Part shown: in pieces, positions 27,133-36,025 of the stretch
How the letters are laid out: each line of letters starts with the position of its first letter
Numbering within the stretch: the first letter of the stretch is position 1
Source of the DNA: Burkholderiales bacterium
GTDB taxonomy: Bacteria; Pseudomonadota; Gammaproteobacteria; Burkholderiales; JACQAP01
Assembly (NCBI GenBank): GCA_045810225.1
Contig: JBJMWI010000176.1
Location: 40,583 to 104,582, forward strand
Direction: 5' to 3'
DNA: 64,000 nucleotides
Made by a program: the position numbers and the translations under genes
The notes under the pieces: generated by a model
Told to the model about the DNA's origin: nothing
The model's input: only the letters and a program-made list of their open reading frames with translations
Databases searched by the model: none

Positions 27133-29045
27133 GTTCCATTGCGGGACTTTCAGATACCGATGCAGGAAAACGGGCCGCGCTGGAGCGCGCATGGGGCGAT
27201 CGCCCGGGTTTGATCGGATGGCTAGCAAGCGTGGACCACAAGGCGATCGCACGCCGTTTCCTGGTATCGGCATTCGGTTTTTTTGTTGCCGCCGGTCTGC
27301 TGGCGGCATTGATGCGACTGCAACTTGCCATTCCGAACAACACGCTGGTCGGCCCGGATTTGTACAACCAATTGTTCACGGTGCACGGCACCACGATGAT
27401 GTTCATATTCGCGGTTCCTGTCATGCAGGCCATGGGCCTGTATCTGGTGCCGTTGATGGTTGGAACGCGCAACATCGCGTTCCCGCGCATGAACGCGTAT
27501 GCGTACTGGCTCTATTTATTCGGCGGGCTGATGTTGTACGTCGCGCTCATTCTCAACGTTGGCCCGGATGCCGGATGGTTCAGTTATGTCCCTCTGGCCG
27601 GCCCTGAATATGGCACGGGCAAGCGTTCGGATTTCTGGGCGCAGCTGATTACCTTTACGGAAGTATCTTCGCTGCTGGTTGCGGTTTCGATCATTACTAC
27701 CGCATTCAAACTACGCGCTCCCGGCATGGCGCTGCATCGGCTGCCGCTGTTCGTATGGGCGCTTGTAGTGACCTCTTTCATGATCCTGTTCGCAATGCCG
27801 GCCGTGATGTTTGCCAGCACGGCATTGATCACCGACCGGCTCGTCGGCACGCATTTCTACAACCCGGCCGAAGGCGGTGATGCCCTGCTGTGGCAGCACC
27901 TGTTTTGGTTCTTCGGACATCCCGAGGTGTACATCATTTTCATTCCTGCGTTGGGCATGATGTCGTCCATCATTGCGACTTTTTCGCGCCGGCCCATCTT
28001 CGGTTATGTCGCCATGGTCATGGCGCTGATCGCGACCGCGTTTCTCGGCTTTGGTTTGTGGGTACATCATATGTTTGCCACGAATGTGCCGGAGCTTGGC
28101 AAGAGCTTCTTCACCGCGGTCAGCATGATGATCGCGATCCCGAGCGCATTGCAGATTTTCTGCTGGATTGCGACACTGTGGACCGGCCGGATCAATTTCC
28201 GCACGCCATTGCTATTTGTACTTGCTTTCTTCGTGATCCTGCTGCTTGGGGGATTCACCGGACTGATGCTTGCTGCCGTGCCACTTGACCTGCAGGTGCA
28301 CGATACTTATTTTGTCGTTGCACATCTGCACTACGTGTTGATCGGCGGTGCGGTGTTTCCCCTGTTCGGTGCATTCTATTTCTGGTTCCCTAAGATTACC
28401 GGACGTCTCATGAACGAAAAGCTCGGGCACTGGAATTTCTGGCTGTTTTTTGTCGGTTTCAATGTTGCGTTCTTCCCGATGCATTATCTGGGTCTGCAAG
28501 GCATGCCGAGGCGCGTATATACCTATCCTGCCGATATGGGCTGGGGAACACTGAATTTCGTTGCGACCATGGGCGCGATAATGATTGCGGTGAGCGTCCT
28601 GCTGTTCATCATCAACGTAGTGCGCAGCCTGCGTTCCGGAACCCGCGCCGGCGACAATCCGTGGGGCGCGGCAACATTGGAGTGGGCGGTCCCTTCCCCG
28701 CCACCGCCCTACAATTTTGCGAACATCCCGGTTGTTGGCGGTCGTGAACCGCTTTGGGAAACAGGTGGCATCAGCGGACATGTGGAAGGCTTATCCTGCA
28801 AGTCGCCCGAGTTGCTGATTACACGCGTACTGGACGGTTCACCGGATCACCGTCAGCTGTTTCCGGCTCCATCGATTTGGCCGTTTGTAAGCGCGGTCGC
28901 CACGACGGCTTTGTTCATCGCCAGTATCTTTTCTCCATGGGCGGTGGTTTGGGGCAGCATTCCGGTAGCCATCGCGCTCACGGCCTGGTTCTGGCCGGAC
29001 CGGCGTGAAACTGAAGAACATCAGACACTGGAGCGCCGCCCGTGA
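27129..29045 (+). CDS. ctaD: cytochrome c oxidase subunit I
   Basis: 638 aa with WQHLFWFFGHPEVYI, VWVHHMF and VAHLHYVLIGG, the canonical haem-copper oxidase subunit I blocks. Confidence 0.95.
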   Translation: MSSIAGLSDTDAGKRAALERAWGDRPGLIGWLASVDHKAIARRFLVSAFGFFVAAGLLAALMRLQLAIPNNTLVGPDLYNQLFTVHGTTMMFIFAVPVMQAMGLYLVPLMVGTRNIAFPRMNAYAYWLYLFGGLMLYVALILNVGPDAGWFSYVPLAGPEYGTGKRSDFWAQLITFTEVSSLLVAVSIITTAFKLRAPGMALHRLPLFVWALVVTSFMILFAMPAVMFASTALITDRLVGTHFYNPAEGGDALLWQHLFWFFGHPEVYIIFIPALGMMSSIIATFSRRPIFGYVAMVMALIATAFLGFGLWVHHMFATNVPELGKSFFTAVSMMIAIPSALQIFCWIATLWTGRINFRTPLLFVLAFFVILLLGGFTGLMLAAVPLDLQVHDTYFVVAHLHYVLIGGAVFPLFGAFYFWFPKITGRLMNEKLGHWNFWLFFVGFNVAFFPMHYLGLQGMPRRVYTYPADMGWGTLNFVATMGAIMIAVSVLLFIINVVRSLRSGTRAGDNPWGAATLEWAVPSPPPPYNFANIPVVGGREPLWETGGISGHVEGLSCKSPELLITRVLDGSPDHRQLFPAPSIWPFVSAVATTALFIASIFSPWAVVWGSIPVAIALTAWFWPDRRETEEHQTLERRP

Positions 29046-29659
29046 ATCCTGCCGCTGGCGATGCAACACAAATCGTCGATGCCTCCGCGCTTCCCAGCCA
29101 TGCCTTCGGCCATCGCAGCATGATGTGGTGGGGTGTCATGGGTATGATTGCGATAGAAGGCACGGTCTTCGCGCTGGCGATTGCAGTTTATCTATACGTT
29201 CGCAAGGATTTCACCGAATGGCCGCCGGTCGCACGGCCGCCGGAGCTGTTTTGGGGAACGCTGAATACGCTCATCCTGATTGTCAGCATGGTTCCCAACC
29301 AGTGGGCAAAGCGCGCGGCCGAGCGTTATGACGCCCGTAAGGTTAAATGGGCGCTGGTCGTCTGCCTGATTTTTTCAGCGGCGTTCCTGGCGGTGCGAGT
29401 ACTCGAGTTCAGCAGCCTGAACACCCGCTGGGATACTAACGCCTACGGATCCGCGATCTGGATGCTGTTGGGCCTGCATACCCTGCACCTGCTGACCGAT
29501 ACTTACGATACCGCAGTATTGACTGCGCTGATGTGGTTTGGTCCGGTAGAAGACAAGCGTTTCGTCGATGTTAGCGAGAGCGCGGTGTACTGGTATTTCG
29601 TTGTCATTGCCTGGCTGCCGATCTATGCGATCATCTATTTCGGCGCGCGCCTGCTGTAG
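29042..29659 (+). CDS. cytochrome c oxidase subunit III family protein
   Basis: GTGA overlap with the ctaD stop. 205 aa polytopic membrane protein with the subunit III-like C-terminal helices (LGLHTLHLLTD, AVYWYFVVIAWL). Confidence 0.82.
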   Translation: MNPAAGDATQIVDASALPSHAFGHRSMMWWGVMGMIAIEGTVFALAIAVYLYVRKDFTEWPPVARPPELFWGTLNTLILIVSMVPNQWAKRAAERYDARKVKWALVVCLIFSAAFLAVRVLEFSSLNTRWDTNAYGSAIWMLLGLHTLHLLTDTYDTAVLTALMWFGPVEDKRFVDVSESAVYWYFVVIAWLPIYAIIYFGARLL

Positions 29660-29678
29660 GGGATCGGTGTCGGTGGGC

Positions 29679-29972
29679 ATGCTGGTCGCGCCTTGCGTAC
29701 TGCTGCTCCAGTTGACAATCGCCTATGCCGTGGTGCACTTGAGTTGCGCAAACGGCCTGCCGGCTTCCGTTCTGCATTCGGTATTTGCCGCTGCATTGCT
29801 CGTTACGCTGCTGATGCTTGGGTTGGCATGGCATGCATGGCGCGTTGCGGTCACAGGGCATGAGCGCTTCCTGAATCAACTCAGTCTTGCACTGAGTGCG
29901 CTGGTTGTACTGGTGATAGCGGCGCAGTGGGTGACCGTCAGTATCCTTCAGCCATGCGTTTCGTCTTTGTAA
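29679..29972 (+). CDS. small hydrophobic protein (possible oxidase subunit IV-like)
   Basis: About 97 aa with three predicted TM helices. The position between subunit III and the assembly factor is the only functional evidence. Confidence 0.45.
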   Translation: MLVAPCVLLLQLTIAYAVVHLSCANGLPASVLHSVFAAALLVTLLMLGLAWHAWRVAVTGHERFLNQLSLALSALVVLVIAAQWVTVSILQPCVSSL

Positions 29973-30832
29973 TAGCGGCGTTGTGCGCCGGGCAGGCGTA
30001 TGCACACACGCTGGAAAGCATACGATCTTCGGGTCTGGAGTCATGGCTGGTGTGCCTGCTACTCGCAGCGGCTGGGCTGTATGCAATTGGAGTGCGCCGG
30101 CTTTGGCTGGCAGCTGGACCAAACCGCGGCGTTACGTCCTATCGAATCGCTGCTTTTGCGGGCGGGTGGACGGTGCTCACGCTGGCGTTGATGCCACCGC
30201 TCGATCCACTGGGCGCAAAGCTGTTCAGTGCGCATATGCTGCAGCACGAATTGTTGATGCTGGTCGCCGCGCCGCTACTGGTAGCGGGAAGTCCCCTGGC
30301 CGTCTGGGCGTGGGCACTGCCGCTGCGCTGGCGCCGCTCGATCCCGCTCTTCACGCACGCGCGCGGATTTGCGGCCTTCTGGGCAACATTGACAGCCCCC
30401 CTTGCGGCTTGGCTTCTGCACGCGGCGGCTATCTGGCTTTGGCATGTTCCCGGGTTGTTCACCGCTGCCCTGGAACATGAAGGCATTCACGTCCTGCAGC
30501 ATTTCAGCTTTCTGTTTTCAGCGCTGGTGTTCTGGTGGGCGGCAACACGCACAACATCCCCGGCCGGCACAGCAGCCTGCATATTTTCTTTGTTTACCAC
30601 CATGGTCCATACCGGCGCGTTGGGTGCGCTGCTGGTATTTGCGCCAAGCACGTGGTATCCCGTCTACGGATCCGCGTCACTACCGTGGGGGCTTCAACCA
30701 TTGGAAGATCAGCAACTCGGCGGGCTGATCATGTGGATTCCGGGTGGTCTGGTGTATGCCGGCGTGGCCATTGCACTGATGGCACGCTGGCTGAATATGC
30801 ATTCGCGGTCCGGCCTGCAACGGCCGGCATAG
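29954..30832 (+). CDS. cytochrome c oxidase assembly factor, CtaG (caa3-type) family membrane protein
   Basis: Polytopic protein with SAHMLQHELLMLVAAPLL and HVLQHFSFLFSALVFWW blocks typical of Caa3_CtaG proteins. The start is set at MRFVFV. Confidence 0.78.
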   Translation: MRFVFVIAALCAGQAYAHTLESIRSSGLESWLVCLLLAAAGLYAIGVRRLWLAAGPNRGVTSYRIAAFAGGWTVLTLALMPPLDPLGAKLFSAHMLQHELLMLVAAPLLVAGSPLAVWAWALPLRWRRSIPLFTHARGFAAFWATLTAPLAAWLLHAAAIWLWHVPGLFTAALEHEGIHVLQHFSFLFSALVFWWAATRTTSPAGTAACIFSLFTTMVHTGALGALLVFAPSTWYPVYGSASLPWGLQPLEDQQLGGLIMWIPGGLVYAGVAIALMARWLNMHSRSGLQRPA

Positions 30833-30834
30833 AT

Positions 30835-31869
30835 CTACCGCGGTGGTTCCGTCATGGCCGGTCTGGCCTCGATCACGCTCCACGGCGTGCCCGTAGCGAT
30901 CACACGCTGCAACTCGAAGCCCGACTCGCGCAGCAAGCCACGGTATTCGGATTCGGTGCGCTCCTTGCCACCGTGGTTCGTCATCATCATATGCAGATCG
31001 ATGAGCTTGGCCGACGAGGGCTCGTTGCCCGGTGGCACAATGCGTTCGCAGATCAGCAGGCGCGCATCGGGCGACATTGCCTTGCGGCAATTGCCGAGTA
31101 TCGCTGCGCATTCTGCATCGCCCCAATCGTGCAAGACATGCTTCATGAAGTAGGCGTCCGTGCCAGGTGGTACTGCTTCGAAGAAACTGCCTGCGGAAAA
31201 TTCACAGCGCTGCGTCAAGCCCTGCGCCGCGATAAAAGCGCGCGCGCGTAGCGCAACGTGCGGCAGATCGAACACGATGCCGCGCAGTTGCGGTGTGGTC
31301 TTGAGGATGGCGCAAAGCGCCGAGCCGGTTCCGCCGGCAACATCGAGCACGCTGGTAAAACCGGAGAAATCGTAAGCTTCGGCGACGGCGGCGTTGGTGG
31401 TTGATGAGGCGCTCGCCATGGCACGATCGAACATCGCAGCGGTATCGGCATGGCTTTGCAGAAAATCGAAAAACGTTTCGCCATAGATATGCTCGAATGG
31501 CGCCTCGCCCGAACGCACCGCGTGAAGTATGCCTTCCCACGAGCGCCATGAGGTTTCATCACCGAACAGCAATACCAGGTCGCGCAGTGAACCGGGCACA
31601 TCACTGCGCAAGAGTTCTGATAACGCCGTGTTCATGAAACGATGGTCTTCGTCCTCGCGAAAGACCTGCGACGCCGCCAGTACGCGCAGCACCCGGTAGA
31701 GCGACGGAGCATGCGCGCCGACGGCCTGCGCAAGCTCTTCGATGGTTTTGCTGCCGGCGCTCAACACGCCGGCGACATCGAGCGCGGCAACCGCATACAA
31801 CGCACGCGAGGTGAAATACTGCGTGATCATGCCGCGCATTAGCGCGGCGTCTTCAGCGGCGTGCGACAT
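30835..31869 (-). CDS. class I SAM-dependent O-methyltransferase (family 2, with dimerisation domain)
   Basis: LDVAGGTGSAL (SAM motif I), FDLPHV and FMKHVLHDW match plant/Streptomyces-type small-molecule OMTs. Confidence 0.85.
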   Translation of the reverse strand: MSHAAEDAALMRGMITQYFTSRALYAVAALDVAGVLSAGSKTIEELAQAVGAHAPSLYRVLRVLAASQVFREDEDHRFMNTALSELLRSDVPGSLRDLVLLFGDETSWRSWEGILHAVRSGEAPFEHIYGETFFDFLQSHADTAAMFDRAMASASSTTNAAVAEAYDFSGFTSVLDVAGGTGSALCAILKTTPQLRGIVFDLPHVALRARAFIAAQGLTQRCEFSAGSFFEAVPPGTDAYFMKHVLHDWGDAECAAILGNCRKAMSPDARLLICERIVPPGNEPSSAKLIDLHMMMTNHGGKERTESEYRGLLRESGFELQRVIATGTPWSVIEARPAMTEPPR

Positions 31870-31872
31870 GAG

Positions 31873-33069
31873 TCAACTTGCCGAGCGGTAGATCGCGGTT
31901 TCGAAGTCGAGATACATCGGCAGCGATTTCTTGTCTGCAAATGGCAGGATTTGGGTCAGATACACACCGGCAATGTGCTTCACCGGATCGATCCAGAAAT
32001 AGCAGTTCGACAAGCCGCCCCATGCCATGCTTCCGGCAGAGCGGCCGGTCGGGGCCTCATCATGGTTGATCATAAAGCCGAAGCCCCAACCTTTCGGCAC
32101 GCCTGGGAAAAATTCTGCGTCGTTGGAACGAGCAGCATTCGTGCTCACCATGCGCTCCACGTGCAAGTCGCCGATCTGGTTACGGCACATCAGTTCCAGT
32201 GTTTCGGTTTTCAGAATGCGAGTGCCGCTACCAAGGCCGCGGTTCAGAATCATGCGCATGAAAGCCGCGTAATCCGGTGCGGTGGAATACAGGCCGCCTC
32301 CCCCCAATTCGAATTCCGGCGACTGCGGTACCTCATAGTCCCCAGCGACCAGCACACCGCGTGCATTGCGCTCATGCAGCCGTGACAAACGCGACCGCAT
32401 CGACGGCGTAATGCGAAAGCCCGTGCTCTCCATGCCAAGGGGCCCGAACAAGTTGTCTCTCAGATAGGCGCCGAGCGTCATGCCACTCGCGCCTTCGATA
32501 ACCTTGCCCACCCATTCGATGTTGATGCCGTAGTTCCACCTTTCGCCGGGATCAAACAGCAGCGGCAGCCGCAATGCGGCGTTCTCGCAAGTCGCCGTGC
32601 CAGGCAGATTCATCAGTTGCATGTAGCGCGCGAGCGGCGCGTTCCACATGCCATAGCCGTAGCCGGATGTATGATTCAGCAATTGACGCAAGGTAATCGG
32701 CCGCTTCGGCGCCCGCAGGCGCGGCGCGCCAGACGAATCAAAGCCTTCCAGCACTTGCACCCGGGCCAGCTCCGGCGCCCAACGCGCTGCAGGTTCGTCG
32801 AGTTGCAGCCGCTGCTGCTCCACCAGTTGCATGGCTGCGATGCTGGTAAGCGGCTTGGTCATCGATGCAATCCATCCCACCGTATCGAGTTCCATGGCGT
32901 CGTCGCTTCCAAGTCGGCGGCTACCGAAAGCGCCCTCGTAAACGGTAGTGTTTCCGGCAATTGCCATGGCGACCACGCCCGGCACCTTGCCCGCGTCGGT
33001 CGCACGCCGAAACATGGCATCGAGCTGCCGCGCAAGCGATGCGGAGCTGCGATGAACGATGGCGCTCAT
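31873..33069 (-). CDS. serine hydrolase, beta-lactamase/esterase (EstB-like) family
   Basis: 398 aa with IASMTKPLTS (SxxK nucleophile motif), a YGY/YSN-like region and WGG near the C-terminus. Confidence 0.88.
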   Translation of the reverse strand: MSAIVHRSSASLARQLDAMFRRATDAGKVPGVVAMAIAGNTTVYEGAFGSRRLGSDDAMELDTVGWIASMTKPLTSIAAMQLVEQQRLQLDEPAARWAPELARVQVLEGFDSSGAPRLRAPKRPITLRQLLNHTSGYGYGMWNAPLARYMQLMNLPGTATCENAALRLPLLFDPGERWNYGINIEWVGKVIEGASGMTLGAYLRDNLFGPLGMESTGFRITPSMRSRLSRLHERNARGVLVAGDYEVPQSPEFELGGGGLYSTAPDYAAFMRMILNRGLGSGTRILKTETLELMCRNQIGDLHVERMVSTNAARSNDAEFFPGVPKGWGFGFMINHDEAPTGRSAGSMAWGGLSNCYFWIDPVKHIAGVYLTQILPFADKKSLPMYLDFETAIYRSAS

Positions 33070-33848
33070 TTTCCCTTGAACACGGGTGCGCGCTTTTCCA
33101 TGAACGCCCTTCGACCTTCGATGTAGTCTTCGCTCTGCATGCAGCGGCTAACCGCTGCTTCGGCGCCCGCGAAATGACCTTGCGGTTCTGTCAGGGCATT
33201 GATGACCGTCTTGGACGCAGCCATAGTCAGTGGCGCATTACCTGCCAGTTCGGTGACTGTTTTTGCCACGTAAGTGTCGAGCTCGCTATCCGGCAGCACG
33301 CGATTGACCAGGCCGATTCTGAGCGCTTCCTGTGCGTCATAACGGCGCGCACTGAACATGATCTCGCGCGCGTGCGCATGGCCGACCGTGGCGACCAGCC
33401 GGCCGGTGCCATGGACGCCATAACCCAGTCCGAGCCGCGCGGCCGGAACCGCGAAGCGGCTGGAGGCATCCGCGTAGCGCAGGTCGCACGACAGCGCGAC
33501 CGCCAGTCCACCGCCGACACAAAAACCATGGATCAACGCGATCACCGGCTTCGGCACGGATTCGATAGCGTAATGCGCAGCCGAAGTTACGGCTTCGTAT
33601 TCCTTGACGTCGCTTTCGCTTGCGCGGTTGCCTTCGAATTCCGAGATGTCTGCTCCGGCGGCGAAGGCAGCCATCCCTTCGCCGCGGATCACGATGCAAC
33701 GAATGGACGCGTCCGCATGGAATTGCGCGATCGCTATTGGTATCGCCCGCCACATTTCCGCGCCGATCGCATTACGACGCTCGGGATTGTCCAGCACCAA
33801 ACGGCCCACCGGCCCATCGCGTTCCACGCGCAGCCTGCCCTTGCTCAT
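33066..33848 (-). CDS. enoyl-CoA hydratase/isomerase (crotonase) family protein
   Basis: 260 aa with FAAGADISEF and IALIHGFCVGGGLAVALSCDLRYA, the crotonase oxyanion-hole blocks. 4-nt overlap with the downstream gene. Confidence 0.9.
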   Translation of the reverse strand: MSKGRLRVERDGPVGRLVLDNPERRNAIGAEMWRAIPIAIAQFHADASIRCIVIRGEGMAAFAAGADISEFEGNRASESDVKEYEAVTSAAHYAIESVPKPVIALIHGFCVGGGLAVALSCDLRYADASSRFAVPAARLGLGYGVHGTGRLVATVGHAHAREIMFSARRYDAQEALRIGLVNRVLPDSELDTYVAKTVTELAGNAPLTMAASKTVINALTEPQGHFAGAEAAVSRCMQSEDYIEGRRAFMEKRAPVFKGK

Positions 33849-33907
33849 GCGTTCTCCTTCGCTTGCTGTATTTTCCGCTTAGCACTCCGACTGCAATGCC
33901 GTCGTTC

Positions 33908-35083
33908 TCAGATCACGTTCGCGTCGCGCAACGCAGCGATGTCTGCGTCGTCATAACCAATTTCCCGCAAGATTTCCTGGTTGTGTTCGCCGGCCAGGCC
34001 AACGGTGCGTTTCATGCGCGCCGGAGTACGGGACAACTTGATTGCGGGGCCAACCAGCATCATGTCCCCGCCTTCCGGAATCGGTACCTCAACTGCCATG
34101 CCGAGATGTTTGACTTGGTCATCCTGGAACACTTCGTTGAGCTTGTAGATTGGCCCGCAAGGAACGCCAGCCTTTGCCAGCAGTTCTATCAATACCGCGG
34201 ACGCGTAACGGCGCGTGTGGGCGGCAATGGCCGCGTTGAGGGCAATGCGGTTGTGCGAGCGCAATTGCGCATTCGCATAGTTCGCATGTTTCGCCAGGCC
34301 CGGATCACCGAACGCCTCGCACATGCGCGCGAATATGGGATTGCCGGCTGCGGCGATATTGACGAAGCCATCCTCGGTCGGATAAACGCTGGTCGGCATC
34401 GAGGTGGGATGGTCGTTGCCAGCCTGTGCCGGCACTTCACCTTCGACCAGCCAGCGCGCGGCCTGGAAGTCCATCATCGCGATCATCGATGTGAGCAGTG
34501 AACTCTGCACCCACTGCCCTTTTCCGGACCGGCTGCGCTCCTGCAGGGCAATCAAAATGCCGAGCGCGGCGAACAAACCGGCGCTCAAATCGGCAACCGG
34601 AATGCCCGCGCGTACAGGTCCTTGCCCAGGCAAGCCCGTGACCCACATGAGCCCGCCCATTCCCTGCGCGACCTGGTCGAATCCCGCGCGGTCGCGGTAC
34701 GGCCCGTCCTGGCCGAATCCCGAGATGCTGGCGTAAATCAGTTTCGGATTTTCTTTGGCGAGCGTCTCATAATCGATGCCGAGCTTGTGCTTCACGTCCG
34801 GGCGATAATTCTCGACTAGCACATCCGATATCCTTGCCAGCCGCTTGAGGACCTCCACGCCGCGCGGATGTTTCAGATTCAGTGTCAGCGAACGTTTGTT
34901 CCGATGCAGATTATGAAAGTCCGAGCCGGTGCGCGGGCCGAGAATATCCTCGCCGTCCTGCGCAGGCATTTCAATCTTGATGACATCTGCGCCCCAGTCA
35001 GCAAACTGCTTTACGCAAGTCGGACCGGCGCGGACGCGCGTCAGGTCAATCACTCGCAAATGGGAAAGAGCTTCAGTAACCAC
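33908..35083 (-). CDS. CaiB/BaiF family III CoA-transferase
   Basis: LRVIDLTRVRAGPTCVKQFADWGADVIKIE and LVENYRP are signatures of family III CoA transferases. Confidence 0.9.
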   Translation of the reverse strand: MVTEALSHLRVIDLTRVRAGPTCVKQFADWGADVIKIEMPAQDGEDILGPRTGSDFHNLHRNKRSLTLNLKHPRGVEVLKRLARISDVLVENYRPDVKHKLGIDYETLAKENPKLIYASISGFGQDGPYRDRAGFDQVAQGMGGLMWVTGLPGQGPVRAGIPVADLSAGLFAALGILIALQERSRSGKGQWVQSSLLTSMIAMMDFQAARWLVEGEVPAQAGNDHPTSMPTSVYPTEDGFVNIAAAGNPIFARMCEAFGDPGLAKHANYANAQLRSHNRIALNAAIAAHTRRYASAVLIELLAKAGVPCGPIYKLNEVFQDDQVKHLGMAVEVPIPEGGDMMLVGPAIKLSRTPARMKRTVGLAGEHNQEILREIGYDDADIAALRDANVI

Positions 35084-35103
35084 GGTCAGCCCCGATCAAA
35101 ATA

Positions 35104-35958
35104 TCAAGTTACCGCGGCTCCGACCGGCCAGCGACCCGCCTCGACCTGATGGAAAAAATCTTCCAGCAGCCGGTTGAACAGTGCCGGATCTTCGAGGTTC
35201 GTCATGTGGCCGCTGTTCGGCAATACGACCAGCCCGGCCGTCGGAATGGTTCGCTTCATCATCACCGAAGGCTCGAGCACGGCATCGTCTTCATCTCCGG
35301 CGACGATTAGTGTAGGCACCGCGATGCGCGCCATTTCGGCTGTCAAGTCGTACAGGGAAGGACGGCGCGCCTGGTAGCCCAGCATGGTATTGGCGGAGCC
35401 TTGCGCTGAATGTTCGGAAAACTGGCGCACGAACTGCGCGAAACCGCGCGCATCTTTGTCCCGGAGTTGCAGCCGGGACGGTCCGTGCCCGTACGTCGCG
35501 GCAACATGGGCCATGCCGTGCTGGAGCATTGACTTTGCGAGTTCTCGGGACTGCGCCTGAAATTGCGCATAGTGCGACGGATGCGCGCCATAGCCGCAGC
35601 CTGCGACGACCAGGGACAATGCCCGCGGTGCATATGTCATACCGAAATGCAGCGTAGCGAAACCGCCCATGGAATTGCCGACCACATGCGCGCGATCGAT
35701 CACCAACGCATCCAGCACTGCGCGGATATCGTCGCGCGCACGCTGCTGGGAATAGCGCTCGACATCGTCCGGCACATCCGACGGCGGATAGCCGCGCGCG
35801 TTATAGGCGATGCAGCGATAGCGGCGCGAGAAATGATGCAGTTGCGGTTCCCAGGTGCGCCAATCGCCCGCAAACTCATGCACAAATACGATGGGAGTAC
35901 CCGAACCGGCCTCCTCGTAGTGCAGCTTGACACCATCGTCCGTGGTCAGAAAAGGCAT
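35104..35958 (-). CDS. alpha/beta-fold hydrolase
   Basis: PIVFVHEFAGD, VVGNSMGG (nucleophile elbow GxSxG) and a C-terminal SGHM region. Confidence 0.9.
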   Translation of the reverse strand: MPFLTTDDGVKLHYEEAGSGTPIVFVHEFAGDWRTWEPQLHHFSRRYRCIAYNARGYPPSDVPDDVERYSQQRARDDIRAVLDALVIDRAHVVGNSMGGFATLHFGMTYAPRALSLVVAGCGYGAHPSHYAQFQAQSRELAKSMLQHGMAHVAATYGHGPSRLQLRDKDARGFAQFVRQFSEHSAQGSANTMLGYQARRPSLYDLTAEMARIAVPTLIVAGDEDDAVLEPSVMMKRTIPTAGLVVLPNSGHMTNLEDPALFNRLLEDFFHQVEAGRWPVGAAVT

Positions 35959-36025
35959 TGTCCAAGATCCAGGCTGAAGGTTGCCAGTCTAGCGCACTGA
36001 CGGATGAATCCAGGCAGGTGTCGGC

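Noticed and set aside
32961-34501. 331-aa and 293-aa plus-strand ORFs across the crotonase and CoA-transferase genes.
   Set aside because: They are antisense shadow frames. The minus-strand genes carry the diagnostic crotonase and CaiB motifs.
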